A DNA stretch of 63,516 nucleotides, the filler included, from Asterionella formosa (taxonomy: Eukaryota): assembly GCA_002256025.1 (NCBI GenBank). It is 16 parts of 16 records of this genome, joined end to end, with 100 filler letters (N's around TTAATTAATTAA, not from the genome) between each part and the next. Parts side by side here need not be neighbours in the genome. Positions count along the whole stretch, not along the records: positions 42,808 to 59,076 come from NKIB01004998.1; positions 59,177 to 60,186 come from NKIB01004999.1; 14 more parts are not named here. One strand, given 5' to 3'. How positions within the stretch are numbered: position 1 is the first letter of the stretch; each line of letters begins with the position of its first letter. The notes beneath the pieces were generated by a model. The model was given only the letters and a program-made list of their open reading frames with translations, had not been told where the DNA came from and searched no databases. Shown one piece after another: positions 48,377-60,286 of the stretch. The position numbers and the translations under genes were made by a program.

Positions 48377-50924
48377 ATGTCAGCAGCAGCTCCAATTGAG
48401 CTCTTGAATGATGACGATGAGCCGACCAATCGTCCCGACGAAGATTCAGTTCGATTGTTCCTTGAAGTGACAGGATTACACAGCAGACGCTCGGCCATCA
48501 AGGCGCTGCAAGACGCGGAGTTTGACGTACATAGAGCTATTTCGAGGGTGTTTCAAAACCAGGGAAGCCTCAGAAGCAGTGCAATCGCTCCCAAGCACAT
48601 ACAGAAAATTGAGCTAAAACAGGGACTGCCTTTGTCGACACGGGCACTAACAGCATCTGATCATGTTCCGAAATCGGCATCGAAGCCCCAAGAATCTCTG
48701 ATATTATCAGCACAATGGAATCTTTGCATGAAAAATAGTCTAGGGCTCTTTGTAGACCCTGATTTCCCGCCAAATCAGTCATCGTTGGATGGACGGAAAC
48801 AAACCTCTCAGCAACACTCCATAATCAAGTGTCCCTGTGGTCTTGCAGCATCAGCTCGATCGGTGCAATCGGAAGGTCCAAATTATGGAAGATTCTACCT
48901 TGCGTGTGGCCAGAAAAGCACTCGAGGTAAACCCATCCCAAGATGCAAGTTCTTTCAGTGGGAGGACCGCAATGGAAGCCAAGGGGCTGGTTACGCAACT
49001 AGGTACTCGTCCATGGCTTGGGAATTTTTCGGATCTCCACAGTGTTGTTTGGTTCGGAAGGAAATATCGCCCAGCGATGTAAAGCAAGGAGCCATTGGAA
49101 ACTGTTGGTTTCTGTCGGCTCTTGCCGTCGTTGCAGAAAAACCCTATTTAATTCGTCACGTTTTACCACACAATGAATTGAATCCGAAGGGATGTTATCA
49201 AGTCAATCTCTGTCTTGATGGTCAATGGCAACCCATTATTGTAGATTCGAACCTTCCAGTCGTGCACGGCGACACTCATCAGAACCAGGTATTTCGCGGT
49301 GGTATAACGTCGTCAGTATCAAACTCATTGATAGCATTCCCTGCATTCTGTGCAATCCCGGAAAGACAACTATGGCCAGCGTTGATCGAAAAGGCATACG
49401 CCAAAGCGCACGGATCGTATGTACAATTGAGTGGCGGATTCATCCAAGAAGCATTTTACGATATGACAGGAGCACCAACCGAAACGATTGTTTTTGGAGC
49501 TTGTTGGGATGTTGAGGAATTGTGGGCAAGACTACTCTCGTTTGGCGAAGCTGGCTTCATCATGGGAGTGGCAACTAGTAAAGGGGGCGATGGACTTGTG
49601 GGGCACCATGCCTACAGTGTACTACAGGTGATTGAAGTTCATGATGCCGTGGTGGGCGAACAACAGAAAGTCACCGAATTCTTCACCGGCAGTACCGAGC
49701 TTGAGAAAGACAATAAGAAGCAGAAAACAACAGTTCGACTAGTTAGGATCCGAAATCCATGGGGGAAGAAGGAATGGAAAGGGGACTTTTCCGACAGCTC
49801 CGACAAGTGGACAATGTCATTACGAAAAAAGTTAGGAGACGGTGTATTTACGAAGAACGACGGGACGTTTTGGATGTCGTATGACGATTTGATGCAGCGT
49901 TTCCATCACATGGATGTAGCAAAGTGTCGTGAGGTAAGCTCAAGTTTGCTGTCGCACTTCTTAGAATTAAGTTGGGCTCACGATTTCTCAGGGCTGGAAG
50001 CACTCATCCACTCGGGGATGTTTCCCTTCGACTCCCCGTGATCCATTTCTCTCATCGCGTCATTGCTATCGGTTAAGACCAGATCTGAAGACATGGGCTT
50101 TTATTTCTTTGGTTCAACCTAAGAAAAGAGCCAACACGAAATCTCATTATTGGTACGCAGATCCATCGATGATCATCATGAAGAGAAGGATTCCAACGGA
50201 TCGTTGGTCGAACGAGGCTGTAGCATTGTACGGATTTACAAGATTCTCGGTTTGTGAAGTATTTCTAGATCCGGAGTTTGAGTATTGCTGTATTCCAATA
50301 TCTACCAACGCGTGGGACAGAGAAAATAACACTGATGCACCATTTTGTATTACATCTTATAGCGCCGAATCTGTCGAAATTGAACAAATTCCACACCAGA
50401 TGGTTGTGAACCGGAACAGTGACGCGCTTTCCTTGATCCATCGACATTTGTTGACTGACGAACGAAAGTTGATGTATGCACTTGCTCCAAAGTGTTTGTT
50501 GTTGTGTTGCAATGGCTATCGCTGCATGTATTTTCTTGTGATCAACGCTTCTCCTGATCACTTTCTATCCCTAAGACTGCAGCTAAGATTACAAAAAGGG
50601 ATTCTCATTTCATATGGAGAGAATAATGCTACACATGATATCCCAAAACTGTCGATGAAAATTCTCGCTGTAGTGTCGAGCGACGGTACAGATGCCTCAG
50701 CAGTATCGCTTAGCTTCGAATATTCAAGCGACGTGATTGCTTCTCCCGGGCGAGAGGCAGCCACATCAAAATCACCAGCTAAGCTAAACAGCGCCATAGG
50801 TATCTCCATGGCAGCCGAATTGCTTGTTTGCGACATCAATCCAGCGGCGGTTCGTGACAAAGGGAATGATACAATCGAAACATGTCACTGGCTCGCTCAA
50901 GTTGGAGCTGCACGTTCACCTTAG
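48377..50924 (+). CDS. Calpain-family cysteine protease with a UBA-like N-terminus and an inserted GRF zinc finger; intron 49934-49991
   Basis: Catalytic triad QGAIGNCWFLSAL, HAYSVL, IRNPWG; zf-GRF CPCG...GPNYGRFYLAC...CKFFQW. The intron joins CRE|GWKH in frame to the 50109-50924 ORF. Confidence 0.9.
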
Positions 50925-50931
50925 CGCCCCA

Positions 50932-53900
50932 TTAAGATTTTATCTCGTCGACTGAGACAGAACTAAAGCCTCCGTCCTTGACCACTTCATCAATGCGATC
51001 GAAACTTTCCTCAAGCTCTTCCGCCGCGAGGTCCTGAAGGATAATTAAGACTGTAGTTGCAGTAAAACCATTTGGCTCGAATTTGTCGACCATTTCGTTC
51101 CGTTGTAATAACTTCCTTAGTAAGTTTCCGACTCTGCTTCGCCCGGATCTGTCAAGATGTGTCAATGGTTCATCGAGTACCAGCAATGACGAACGCAATT
51201 TTCCTCGCCGGGCCAAGAGATCAGCAAATCCGAGAGTCAAGGAAAGTGAACACCGTCGCCACTGTCCACCCGACAGCGACGACAGCGGTCGCTCAAGAAA
51301 ATTCCCATCAGAGCTTCGAATGAATGCCCGGCGCAAAATTCGATCTGAATCGTCTAAAGATATTTCAAGGCGCTGTGTGCAGTCACTCAATTCATCCAAA
51401 TAGGATTGAGATATTGACTGGAGAGCCTCAATTGCATTCTGTAAAACAAAGATTTGAATCCCTCGAGGACCAAAAAGCGCGTTGAGTCCATCCATCCTTG
51501 CAGAGAACAAACGCTGCACTTCGGACTGTTTTCTCAAGCTAGAAAGGATAGATTCTGCATCATCGAAGTCGGCCTGCAGGCCTGAGCAGATAGCTTCAAC
51601 CGCTTCAACTGCTTTCAATTCAGCACTTAAGGATGCTTCTATTGAAGACTGCTGCAATTTCAAAGCTGTCTTAGAGAGGTCTGCAGTCTTTTCCGCCATG
51701 TCTGATCTGTAGCTGGCCAACTTTCCGTTAAGAGCATGGATTTGCTTCTCAAAATTTTCTTCGGCATCGTTGAAAGCCGCCAACAAAGTTTCCAGCATTT
51801 CCGTTTGTTTTTTGAATGTCGCATTGATCCGATCCTTTGCATGAATTTCCTGTTCCAATGTGACCTCCGCTTCACGAACGGCAAACATGCCGCCTTCCAT
51901 TTCCTCCTGAATCAATTTACGCATATCTACATGGGTGTGTCCTTCCCCACTAGTCGATAATGGTTGGTTACATGTGGGACAGATATTAGGAGCCGTGAAA
52001 GAAGCATCGGTCGCATTTGGTGTGTTCAGATTCCATTTCTTTTTCACTTGCAACAATGTGCGTTCTACCAACTCCAAGTTCATAGAGGCTCTGTCAACTT
52101 GTCGAACGGAAATTTGCAGGTCGTTTCGAGTCGCGGACACGGAAGTCTTCATTTTATCAATCTCGTTTTGCAGCTCGGCTAGCGCCAGGTTGCGGCTTGT
52201 CTCAGCTTGTTTTATTTCCTTCTCAATCGACTGGATTTCTGCTGCAGCTACTTCGACCAAGTTATTAAGCTCGCTCAGGGATCCTGAGACTGAAAGAGGC
52301 TCAGCTTTGACATCATTTGTTTCATCACAGAGATTGTCAGCCTTGGTTGTCAGCTCATTGTATTTGTTCCGCTTTTGGATGGCGTTTCGTGTGGCTGTAT
52401 CAAGGCGCTCCCGAAGGCTATTCAAATCGCCCTCTCGCACTTTTATCATGCCATCAAATTCAGAAATGGTCCTTACGGCGGCCAGGCCTTTGGTTCTTGC
52501 GAGTTTGGCGCCAGTTTGCCAAAGATCTGTCGGAACAATGAGAGAGAGCTCTTCTTTCAACTTAGAATCTGTTGCTTCCAGGAGACCATTCAACGAATGC
52601 TGACCATGAAACATTGTTCGTACTAGAATTTGTGGGCTCACACCAAGATTTTCATCGATTAGTTGCTGGGTTTCCTTTGCAGATTGTGTTGTCAACTCCA
52701 CTCCATCGAGAGAAAATACTAGAGCACTTTTGGTTGATGTTTTGGTACGAGAAATGAGGAATTTTTTTTCGTTCAACGTTCCACGGATGCTCACCCGAGC
52801 CGACGAAGCACTATCGTTCACAATATCAGCAACCTTGGCATCGCTCATTGGTCGAGGATCCACTGAACCAGTTAACGCCCAAAGAGCAGCCATTGCAAGT
52901 GTAGATTTACCAGTGCCGTTACTATCTGATCCACCGTCTTTGTTTGTACCACGAACAAGAACAAGTCCACGATTCTTGAGGGGATACGAAACCTTGTCTT
53001 TGAAGGGTCCAAATCCTTGGAGAGTCACTTCATCGAGCACGAGATCGATGAAGTTTCCACTTCCCTCCCGGATTGAATTTGCGTCATCTTTAGTTTCCAT
53101 CTCATCTATGAGAGCTAACGCGGCCCTCAGCATGTCCTCAGCGGTACTATTCGTCATTGATTCTCGTTGTACCTCTGACAATATGAAGGATGCCACTAAC
53201 GTGCTCGGGGACATTTGCTCCAGCTGGTTCTTGTCTTCCGACTGCATTGCTGCCAGTGGTGTTGCCTTCAATTCTCGAACTTCAACAGTCGCTCCGATCC
53301 TTCGCAGCTCTTTTACATGACGATCAAACAACGAAAGGTCGCCATTGTTGGCTTGTCGCCTGATTTCCTCCAGATCTTCCATTCCAATCGTCACTGCAAC
53401 ACGATCCCCTGGGTGTACCACTCCTTCCTGTCCATTTTCGATTGGTATTAGCTCAAGAAGTTCACTCAAATTTCCTGCCTTGAAGTGTTTGCGTCCAATG
53501 TCCAAGGGAACTTTTTCGGTACACACCCATCCTTGCGCTGCATCCAATACCCATAATGCCTTGGTTTGCTGCATTTCTGACATTGTAGTTTGGTAGGGCG
53601 ACCCAATATAATCAATTACTACGTTTCTAGACCTTACAGAATGCGGTTTATGAAAGTGTCCTGAGTAGATTGGTTTGTTGCTTGGGAAAGTGCTAGGCGC
53701 GACACCTCCCATGGAAAGAATCAAGTCGTTCATGTACGCTCCAGTTACATCTGCATGAACAAAGAGAGCACTAGCTTCCTTTGCTTCTGGGGATTGCAAT
53801 ATGGACTCCATGATAGTATTGTCACGAATGTGAGGAACAAAAAAAGCACCAGCAAACTTGGTGGGATGAGAGAATATCAAAGGTCCTGGAAAGCTCTTGA

Positions 53901-54708
53901 TGTTGCAGTCTTTTTCTTTGAACTCAACTCGATAAGCGTGCTGCAATGGTGTCAACCCATGACTATGGCCTCCCAACGTAACTTGATCATGATTTCCTGG
54001 AATCATGACCATGGGTACTTCCCAGCTTTTTAAGCTATCAAGGACAGCGTTTAGTAGATCTACACGAAGTGTTCCGCGATGATGCCACCAATCCCCTAGA
54101 AACAGTATGCCTGCGTTTCTTTCAAGTGCTCTACGATGGACAAAATCGAGAACTTCTAGGCATGTATCAAGAGTATTTGTAGCACAGTGAAGATCTGTAA
54201 ACATGACCCATTTGGTGTAGGAAGCATGGTGTCTGCAGTGCTCGATATATTGCTTATCTCGCTTGTTGCGCACTGGATCTTCAGCGGTCATGATTGCATC
54301 TAGGTCGTAAATTGTCGGAGGCGGCACTGCTGGTAATTCAATTGGCTCTATAGTTTCTGAAATCGCCCCAGAAAACGCTTCCACTCCTGGGCTTTTGACT
54401 TCACCTTGAAGCAGTTGCAACTGCGAACTGCGTAGCTTGATCACGTCATTGGACATCAGTTCCACCGTGTACCAACCACCCTTCCGCCTGTCTTGAACCA
54501 CTCCAGTCACAGTGCGGTCCTCCAAAGTGCATTGAACCAAGTTGCCTGGATCGAAAGTTACTTTCGCCAACGATCGAGCCATGGATGGGCGCTTAGAAAA
54601 GGAAACTCTCGCAAATGCAGTCACTGACAAAGGCGTCGCTCGAAGTAACGTCGGGAGCCATAGACCCATCATCACACTGAGACTCCACAAGACAGTTCTT
54701 GCTCTCAT
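50932..54708 (-). CDS. SbcD-SbcC (Mre11-Rad50-like) nuclease-ATPase fusion with a predicted plastid-targeting presequence
   Basis: Phosphoesterase motifs TDLH, LGD, PGNHD, FVH, SGHFH; Walker A NGTGKST; coiled coil with CPTC zinc hook; LSGGQ signature; Walker B LLVLDEP. N-terminal signal peptide ending VTA|FAR. Confidence 0.9.
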   Translation of the reverse strand: MRARTVLWSLSVMMGLWLPTLLRATPLSVTAFARVSFSKRPSMARSLAKVTFDPGNLVQCTLEDRTVTGVVQDRRKGGWYTVELMSNDVIKLRSSQLQLLQGEVKSPGVEAFSGAISETIEPIELPAVPPPTIYDLDAIMTAEDPVRNKRDKQYIEHCRHHASYTKWVMFTDLHCATNTLDTCLEVLDFVHRRALERNAGILFLGDWWHHRGTLRVDLLNAVLDSLKSWEVPMVMIPGNHDQVTLGGHSHGLTPLQHAYRVEFKEKDCNIKSFPGPLIFSHPTKFAGAFFVPHIRDNTIMESILQSPEAKEASALFVHADVTGAYMNDLILSMGGVAPSTFPSNKPIYSGHFHKPHSVRSRNVVIDYIGSPYQTTMSEMQQTKALWVLDAAQGWVCTEKVPLDIGRKHFKAGNLSELLELIPIENGQEGVVHPGDRVAVTIGMEDLEEIRRQANNGDLSLFDRHVKELRRIGATVEVRELKATPLAAMQSEDKNQLEQMSPSTLVASFILSEVQRESMTNSTAEDMLRAALALIDEMETKDDANSIREGSGNFIDLVLDEVTLQGFGPFKDKVSYPLKNRGLVLVRGTNKDGGSDSNGTGKSTLAMAALWALTGSVDPRPMSDAKVADIVNDSASSARVSIRGTLNEKKFLISRTKTSTKSALVFSLDGVELTTQSAKETQQLIDENLGVSPQILVRTMFHGQHSLNGLLEATDSKLKEELSLIVPTDLWQTGAKLARTKGLAAVRTISEFDGMIKVREGDLNSLRERLDTATRNAIQKRNKYNELTTKADNLCDETNDVKAEPLSVSGSLSELNNLVEVAAAEIQSIEKEIKQAETSRNLALAELQNEIDKMKTSVSATRNDLQISVRQVDRASMNLELVERTLLQVKKKWNLNTPNATDASFTAPNICPTCNQPLSTSGEGHTHVDMRKLIQEEMEGGMFAVREAEVTLEQEIHAKDRINATFKKQTEMLETLLAAFNDAEENFEKQIHALNGKLASYRSDMAEKTADLSKTALKLQQSSIEASLSAELKAVEAVEAICSGLQADFDDAESILSSLRKQSEVQRLFSARMDGLNALFGPRGIQIFVLQNAIEALQSISQSYLDELSDCTQRLEISLDDSDRILRRAFIRSSDGNFLERPLSSLSGGQWRRCSLSLTLGFADLLARRGKLRSSLLVLDEPLTHLDRSGRSRVGNLLRKLLQRNEMVDKFEPNGFTATTVLIILQDLAAEELEESFDRIDEVVKDGGFSSVSVDEIKS

Positions 54709-55799
54709 GGAATCAGGCTGCGAATGCTGCTTGATGGCTGCTTAGTTCCTTCTGATAAGCTCATTCATAGCATACATCCACACTATGACCACAATTTGTT
54801 GTCGGCTTTCTAGTGTACCGGTATATGCTGGTAGTATACCCTGGGGAATATTTCAGTTATTTTGTATGGATGCCCCAATGTGGTACATATGATACCGTTT
54901 TTGCACTATATTTTTATACTTTGTTCCTTTCAGGATACTGGTACTGGTAACAGTAAGAAACTGCCGTGAGCCATTGAACGCAGAATAACACGATATGTAA
55001 ATTGTAAATTCTGAGAGTTCTGGCTCCTTCCTGATCATGTAGGTTGTTCATCTCAATAGATTGCCGGAAATAATGAATCGACCAAAAAAATGGAGAACAC
55101 GGATAAGGGAAAGTTTGGAGTTCTCATTGTCATATAATATACAACAAGACAAAACATGCAAATATTTCGACATTGATTTTAATTAGAGTCTGAAAGTTAA
55201 CCCCATTGACAACAATATACATTTTGTTTTGGTAACGAATTGTACAGAGATGGCAAATGATATGGGTGCACCTATATCTGATTGAAGATTTTGATATATA
55301 CTAGCTACTATGTATCTGTCAGTCCACAAAATATGAAAAACAGTACACACCTACTAACATACAAACCAGCTCCACCATGCCAAAGACAAGAAAAAAATCG
55401 AGCTTCCAACATCAAGAAGGAGAGGACTGAAGCACTTCATTATGCTCAGGTGGTCATCCAATGCAACATGCTTGGCATTGTTACAGAACTTGAAGCAAAT
55501 CAAGGCCAATAATAATGGAAAGCTCCCATCATACCAATCAATTACCGACATGGTGAAAGGCTTGGAAGGTAGTACCTTGGCTGACTAAAAAGAAATTGAC
55601 TACTGGTTATGAAAGGCAGGTGATAGTAGTGCTGTCCCCAACATGGCTATGTCATCAGGAAATTCTCAGGCAGACAATGCAACTCTAGTAGTAGAACATC
55701 TACTAAGACAAGAGAAGGGGATGATGACATGACAGTAGATGATATTAACAATATCAATGCTACTATGACTACTACTGCAGATAGTTTTCATGCTGTCTT

Positions 55800-56585
55800 C
55801 CCCATGACAAAACTGATCTTTTTGCCCTTGTTTCAAATGCCTGGGGAAAAAGCTTTGCAAATAAAAGAACAACCAGAAAAGCAATCTCAGAGCAAGGGTG
55901 GGAGTTTCTCAACTATAACCTTCAGCTCACTGCGAAAATAGAGAGCACAAGCACTTAACTCAATTCATCACTTGCCAGAACCACAACAATTTCAAATGTA
56001 ACTCCTGAAATGCTGAATTTGATCGAATGATGTTCTGAATCATTGACGGAATTTTTTTGCCTTTTGAAGAAGAGAACAAGATGCAAGAAACGGAATAGAT
56101 GCTGATGATCACGCAAAAAGTAAACGAAAGGAAACTGGACAGGCTGCTGCAATAGATCAACACAAAAGGATTACTTCTGGAATCAACTTTGCTGCTGGTA
56201 ACTGTCGATTTGGTCTAGAACTCTGGATCAAGCAAAAGAAGTCGTGAAAATTCAACAGGTTGCACAAGACGAAAAGGAAAAGCGAGCAAATGTTCAATTT
56301 CAAAAAATGGTGCAAAAGGTTGTTGCTGGTGTGAGAGCAACTTGAAAGCAGATTGAATCACACAATGTGACTAAACTCAGAACTCTTGTAATTTGGTATA
56401 AATGTGAGGGTGATGCACCAGTCCCAAAAGCAAGGCAACATCTGCTTCAAAGGTACACCAAAACTTGCCATTATAGGGAACAGATTCCACGAAATGCATT
56501 TGCTGCAGCACACCAGCTTCCTGATCCTCAGCATACTGCTGAAGATGCAGGTGATACTTTGGCCAATTTGATCGCAATGATCTGA
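55800..56585 (+). pseudogene. Decayed pogo/Tc5-like (DDE_1) transposase C-terminal remnant
   Basis: KTDLFALVSNAWGKSFA...KAISEQGWEFLNYNL, KRITSGINF and LRTLVIWYKCEGDAPVP across several frames with stops. Confidence 0.45.
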
Positions 56586-57542
56586 CCAAAGTCAGAGGAA
56601 CATCATGATGGTGGTAGATGCGTTGCATCATGAATATATGTTTAATTCAAAGTTGTAATGAGAGAAAAGTGTGTTAACACATGACCTAATGGGTCCTCGA
56701 AAATGTAAATAAATTTATATAAATTTATCTAGAAAAACGATTTACTGCCGTGACCCAGCATTGAAATCACTTTTTAGCTGTTACTATATAATCATGGTAA
56801 CTTCTGATGAAATAGTTTAATCAGAATTTGAACATGACAGCTTGATTGATCGATGCTGCTCTGACACTATCAAACAACCTTATTCGGGATTCGATAGAAA
56901 TTAGCCTAAGTCGCAGGAGTCAAACAAACACCCTAACTCAATGGTCATGGCAATTTTTTTACTGATACTTTGTACCAGCCATTCATACTTCATACTTCTC
57001 TGCTGACTACCGGTATGCATGTACCGTACAGTTCAGTAAGACATTCTCACAATTGTTCATGTTTTGCTTACACAGCAACATGCATTTCGCTTCTATCTTC
57101 ACTTACCACGAATTGAAGTAGTAACTGATGCATATTTCTTTAAAAGAATGTGTCAGCTGAAGATTGAATGAGAAAGTATCGATCAATAAATGGGCTCCAA
57201 CACTGCTGTTTTTAACTTGCAAATACTGTTTGTCCACCATTATCCTGAAAGAAGCAACACATATGTGTCAGTTTTTCTAACAGTTGGTGTGGATTGATCC
57301 AAAGATGATAGCCCTCACCGCATTTATCAAAATTATTTGATGATATAGCGAAAAATTATGATCAGATGATCATAATCCTATGATGCATCATAGGAATATG
57401 TTGGTTTTTATTTGCAGACGAATAGTGTACTGGTATGTGCATGAAATAGATGCATACAGTAGTTGGTAGACATAAAAACTATACTGGTAGATTACATTGC
57501 ATGTACTCCGGACTACATACTAAAGGAGTGGTACTCCAGGCA

Positions 57543-57878
57543 GTAAGGCTTTTGACGATGTCCACACATCCAAATCAGATCCAAACAGACCTTTTCCGTC
57601 CCATTGTACCTACACACCAGTACATACTGAACAACAAACAGATAAAAGAACTACAAGAATCGACAAGGAACTGATGGAGATAGACCAAAATGACCGAAGT
57701 CCACCCAGCAGCATCATTAAATAGAGTAAGGCTTTTGACGATGTCCAAGCATCCAACTCAGATCCGAACAGACCGTTTTGTCCCACTGAAGCTACACAGT
57801 ACATACTTAACAAGAAGAATCGACAAGAAGCTCATGGAGATAGACCAAAATGACCAAAATCCATCCAACAGCATCATT
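57543..57878. repeat. Diverged tandem duplication (~184-bp offset)
   Basis: GTAAGGCTTTTGACGATGTCCA...GGAGATAGACCAAAATGACC...CAGCATCATT occurs at 57543 and 57727. Confidence 0.85.
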
Positions 57879-58241
57879 CAGTTGAGAATGGTCAGACAAA
57901 TTTTAGGAAAGACACAATGAAAGAAACAAAGAAGAAGAAATAATCCAGGTTCTTGACCCTCTTGCAAGAGAAGTGTTATTCATTGACCTGGCCAGCTACA
58001 AACACTGATGGCAAAACTTTTTTTGCAAGATTCCTGCACAAGGGAGTGAACACCCCAAAACTCTCCACTGCCCAACCACATTTTTTTGGGCCAGGTGGAG
58101 CGCAATGAAAACAATCCTGTAGCTAGCTAGGCTATGTAGTACTAATGCGGTATATAATTTTTGAACAACAGTTGTGTGTAAATATATACCCATCGACGCT
58201 TACATTGATACACATTCTTATCATGTATTACCAGGGTAGGG

Positions 58242-58804
58242 TACTGCTGAAGGCAATACATGGCCGAGGTGGTCTCTTGCCTGCGAGTATACATGTGTTC
58301 GAGGCTGGGTGGCGCGAGTAGGTTGACCGTGCGAATGGCGCCCCCGGCGCTGCGAGAAGGTCACCCTACGGGTGCCATCCCATTCGAGTACACATGTAGA
58401 CGAGAAGGCAAGTAGCCGCCGCGAAGGGTATTGTTGAGGCAATTCCCGCTCTAGCTATCGTCGCGTCATTCGCTTACCTACTGCCCACAAATTTAGCATA
58501 AATGTCAATTTTAGCCTACTATTGCCCATCATATAAAATATATTTTGTATATTTCCTATCTTCACCTCGAAAATTGCCAAAGGTCCGATATTGCCCATCA
58601 TTAAAATATATTTTATATATTTCATATGTTCGCATTTTGGCAAGACAACAGACGCCAATTGCCCCTCGGTTTTATAGCCCTGGGATTGCCGAAATTGGCA
58701 AGGGGTCTACTTAAGGAAACCATTTTATATACTATACTGATTTGAATAATTTATATCTAGAATTCACCTCGTTTTTGTTCGTCTCCTGAAAAGTGGACTC
58801 CGGC
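58242..58804. mobile_element. Second copy of the left end of the hairpin/inverted-repeat element
   Basis: Colinear and highly similar to 5481-6056, with different flanks on both sides. Confidence 0.9.
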
Positions 58805-59176
58805 TGTTCCGATCTCAACAAACACACTAACGATTGAAGAGGCTCATGAGGAATACAAAGAGTATGAAGCGACGATCAAAGAAGGAGAAAACACAAACTA
58901 AAATTATAAAGTGTTATAAACCATGCAATATTTAGTTCCGAAGAAAATCGGGAAGAAGAATTCTGTCGAGGTGACCACGTCAGAATTTTGGCCGGTCTGA
59001 TCAACATACCTGTATATTTATGTATGAAGAGATTAACATAGTCCCCTCAAGTGGTATTCGTGGAATATCTCTTGCANNNNNNNNNNNNNNNNNNNNNNNN
59101 NNNNNNNNNNNNNNNNNNNNTTAATTAATTAANNNNNNNNNNNNNNNNNNNNNNNNNNNNNNNNNNNNNNNNNNNN

Positions 59177-59751
59177 CAATACGTCTGGTATGTCCTCCAC
59201 CCCAACCTCCTTGGTCGCGGTGTTCATTCAAGTATATGCCTTGCCAAGTGCCCAGAGCCAGGCGGCCATTGCGGATTGGAATATTGAGTGAAGGACCCAT
59301 CAAACTAGCTTTCACATGACCAGGCATGTCGTCATCACCCTCCATGGTATGCCGAAATGTGCCATCTCGGTTCCATTCGGCAGGAACAATCTTGTTCAAG
59401 GCCTCTTCCATATCTCTGGAAAATTTGTATGCATTAATTATTATCAACAGTATTGAAAAAAGATTCATTTGTTTGTTATGAATCCGAGACGCACCTTCTC
59501 ACATCAGGATCTGCGTTTTCGTTGATTGTAAGCGAAGCAGAGGTATGCTGAATAAATAGATTGCACATACCAATCTGGATCTGCGAAAGTTCTCCGCTTG
59601 TCGCTTTGTTGATTTCATTGGTTATTAAGTGACAGCCTCGAGCTGGTGCAGTGATGGAAATTTCATGTTGAAACCAGCGAGTATTCATGGTTGACAAAGA
59701 CGACGAGAATGGAATGAGGAGCGAGAGCAGGAGCAACGAATGCCCGGGCAT
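59177..59751 (-). CDS. yjbQ: YjbQ/UPF0047 family protein (3'-truncated by the contig end); intron 59416-59494
   Basis: RGCHLIT...[24 protein letters not shown]...[19 protein letters not shown]...[15 protein letters not shown]; the intron splices in frame. Confidence 0.9.
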
Positions 59752-60286
59752 GGTGACGCAAAGAATTATACCGGTGCACACAAAAAAATGGTACAGTGGA
59801 CGCGCTCTGATAATAAAGAATTATTATTTCATCTGTATAAAAAAAAAACATTTTATAACACAAATTGTTGTACCCATAACCCCAAAATTTGGTCACCACT
59901 AACACAAATTATTACAGGTATAAATAACAGTGCATTATATAAGATGTTTAGGCACGAATGACTACATAGAATTTACCCGAATACTTCAAGACTTGCTCCC
60001 TGCTCATACCCAAAATGGCTTGCTCTCGCCAAAGAACGCATAGAAAATATTGACTTTAAATCAAATTAAAGTTGGTGTAAGGACCTCATGGAAAGATGTG
60101 TGAAAAATGTTTGCATCTCCAGACATGTGCAAGATTGATGATGAACACACAGTCAAGGTATTGATTCACCTATGCTGACATGAAACNNNNNNNNNNNNNN
60201 NNNNNNNNNNNNNNNNNNNNNNNNNNNNNNTTAATTAATTAANNNNNNNNNNNNNNNNNNNNNNNNNNNNNNNNNNNNNNNNNNNN

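Noticed and set aside
51935..53320. Long + strand ORFs (222 and 196 aa) and similar antisense ORFs over Tom70, CstF77, ARM and WW genes
   Set aside because: Shadow frames of well-supported genes on the opposite strand.
58805..59006. TGTT...AACA segment starting exactly where the hairpin-element copy ends, as a solo LTR
   Set aside because: No TSD (CCGGC vs TACCT), no PBS or PPT, and no second copy in the window; possible but unsupported.
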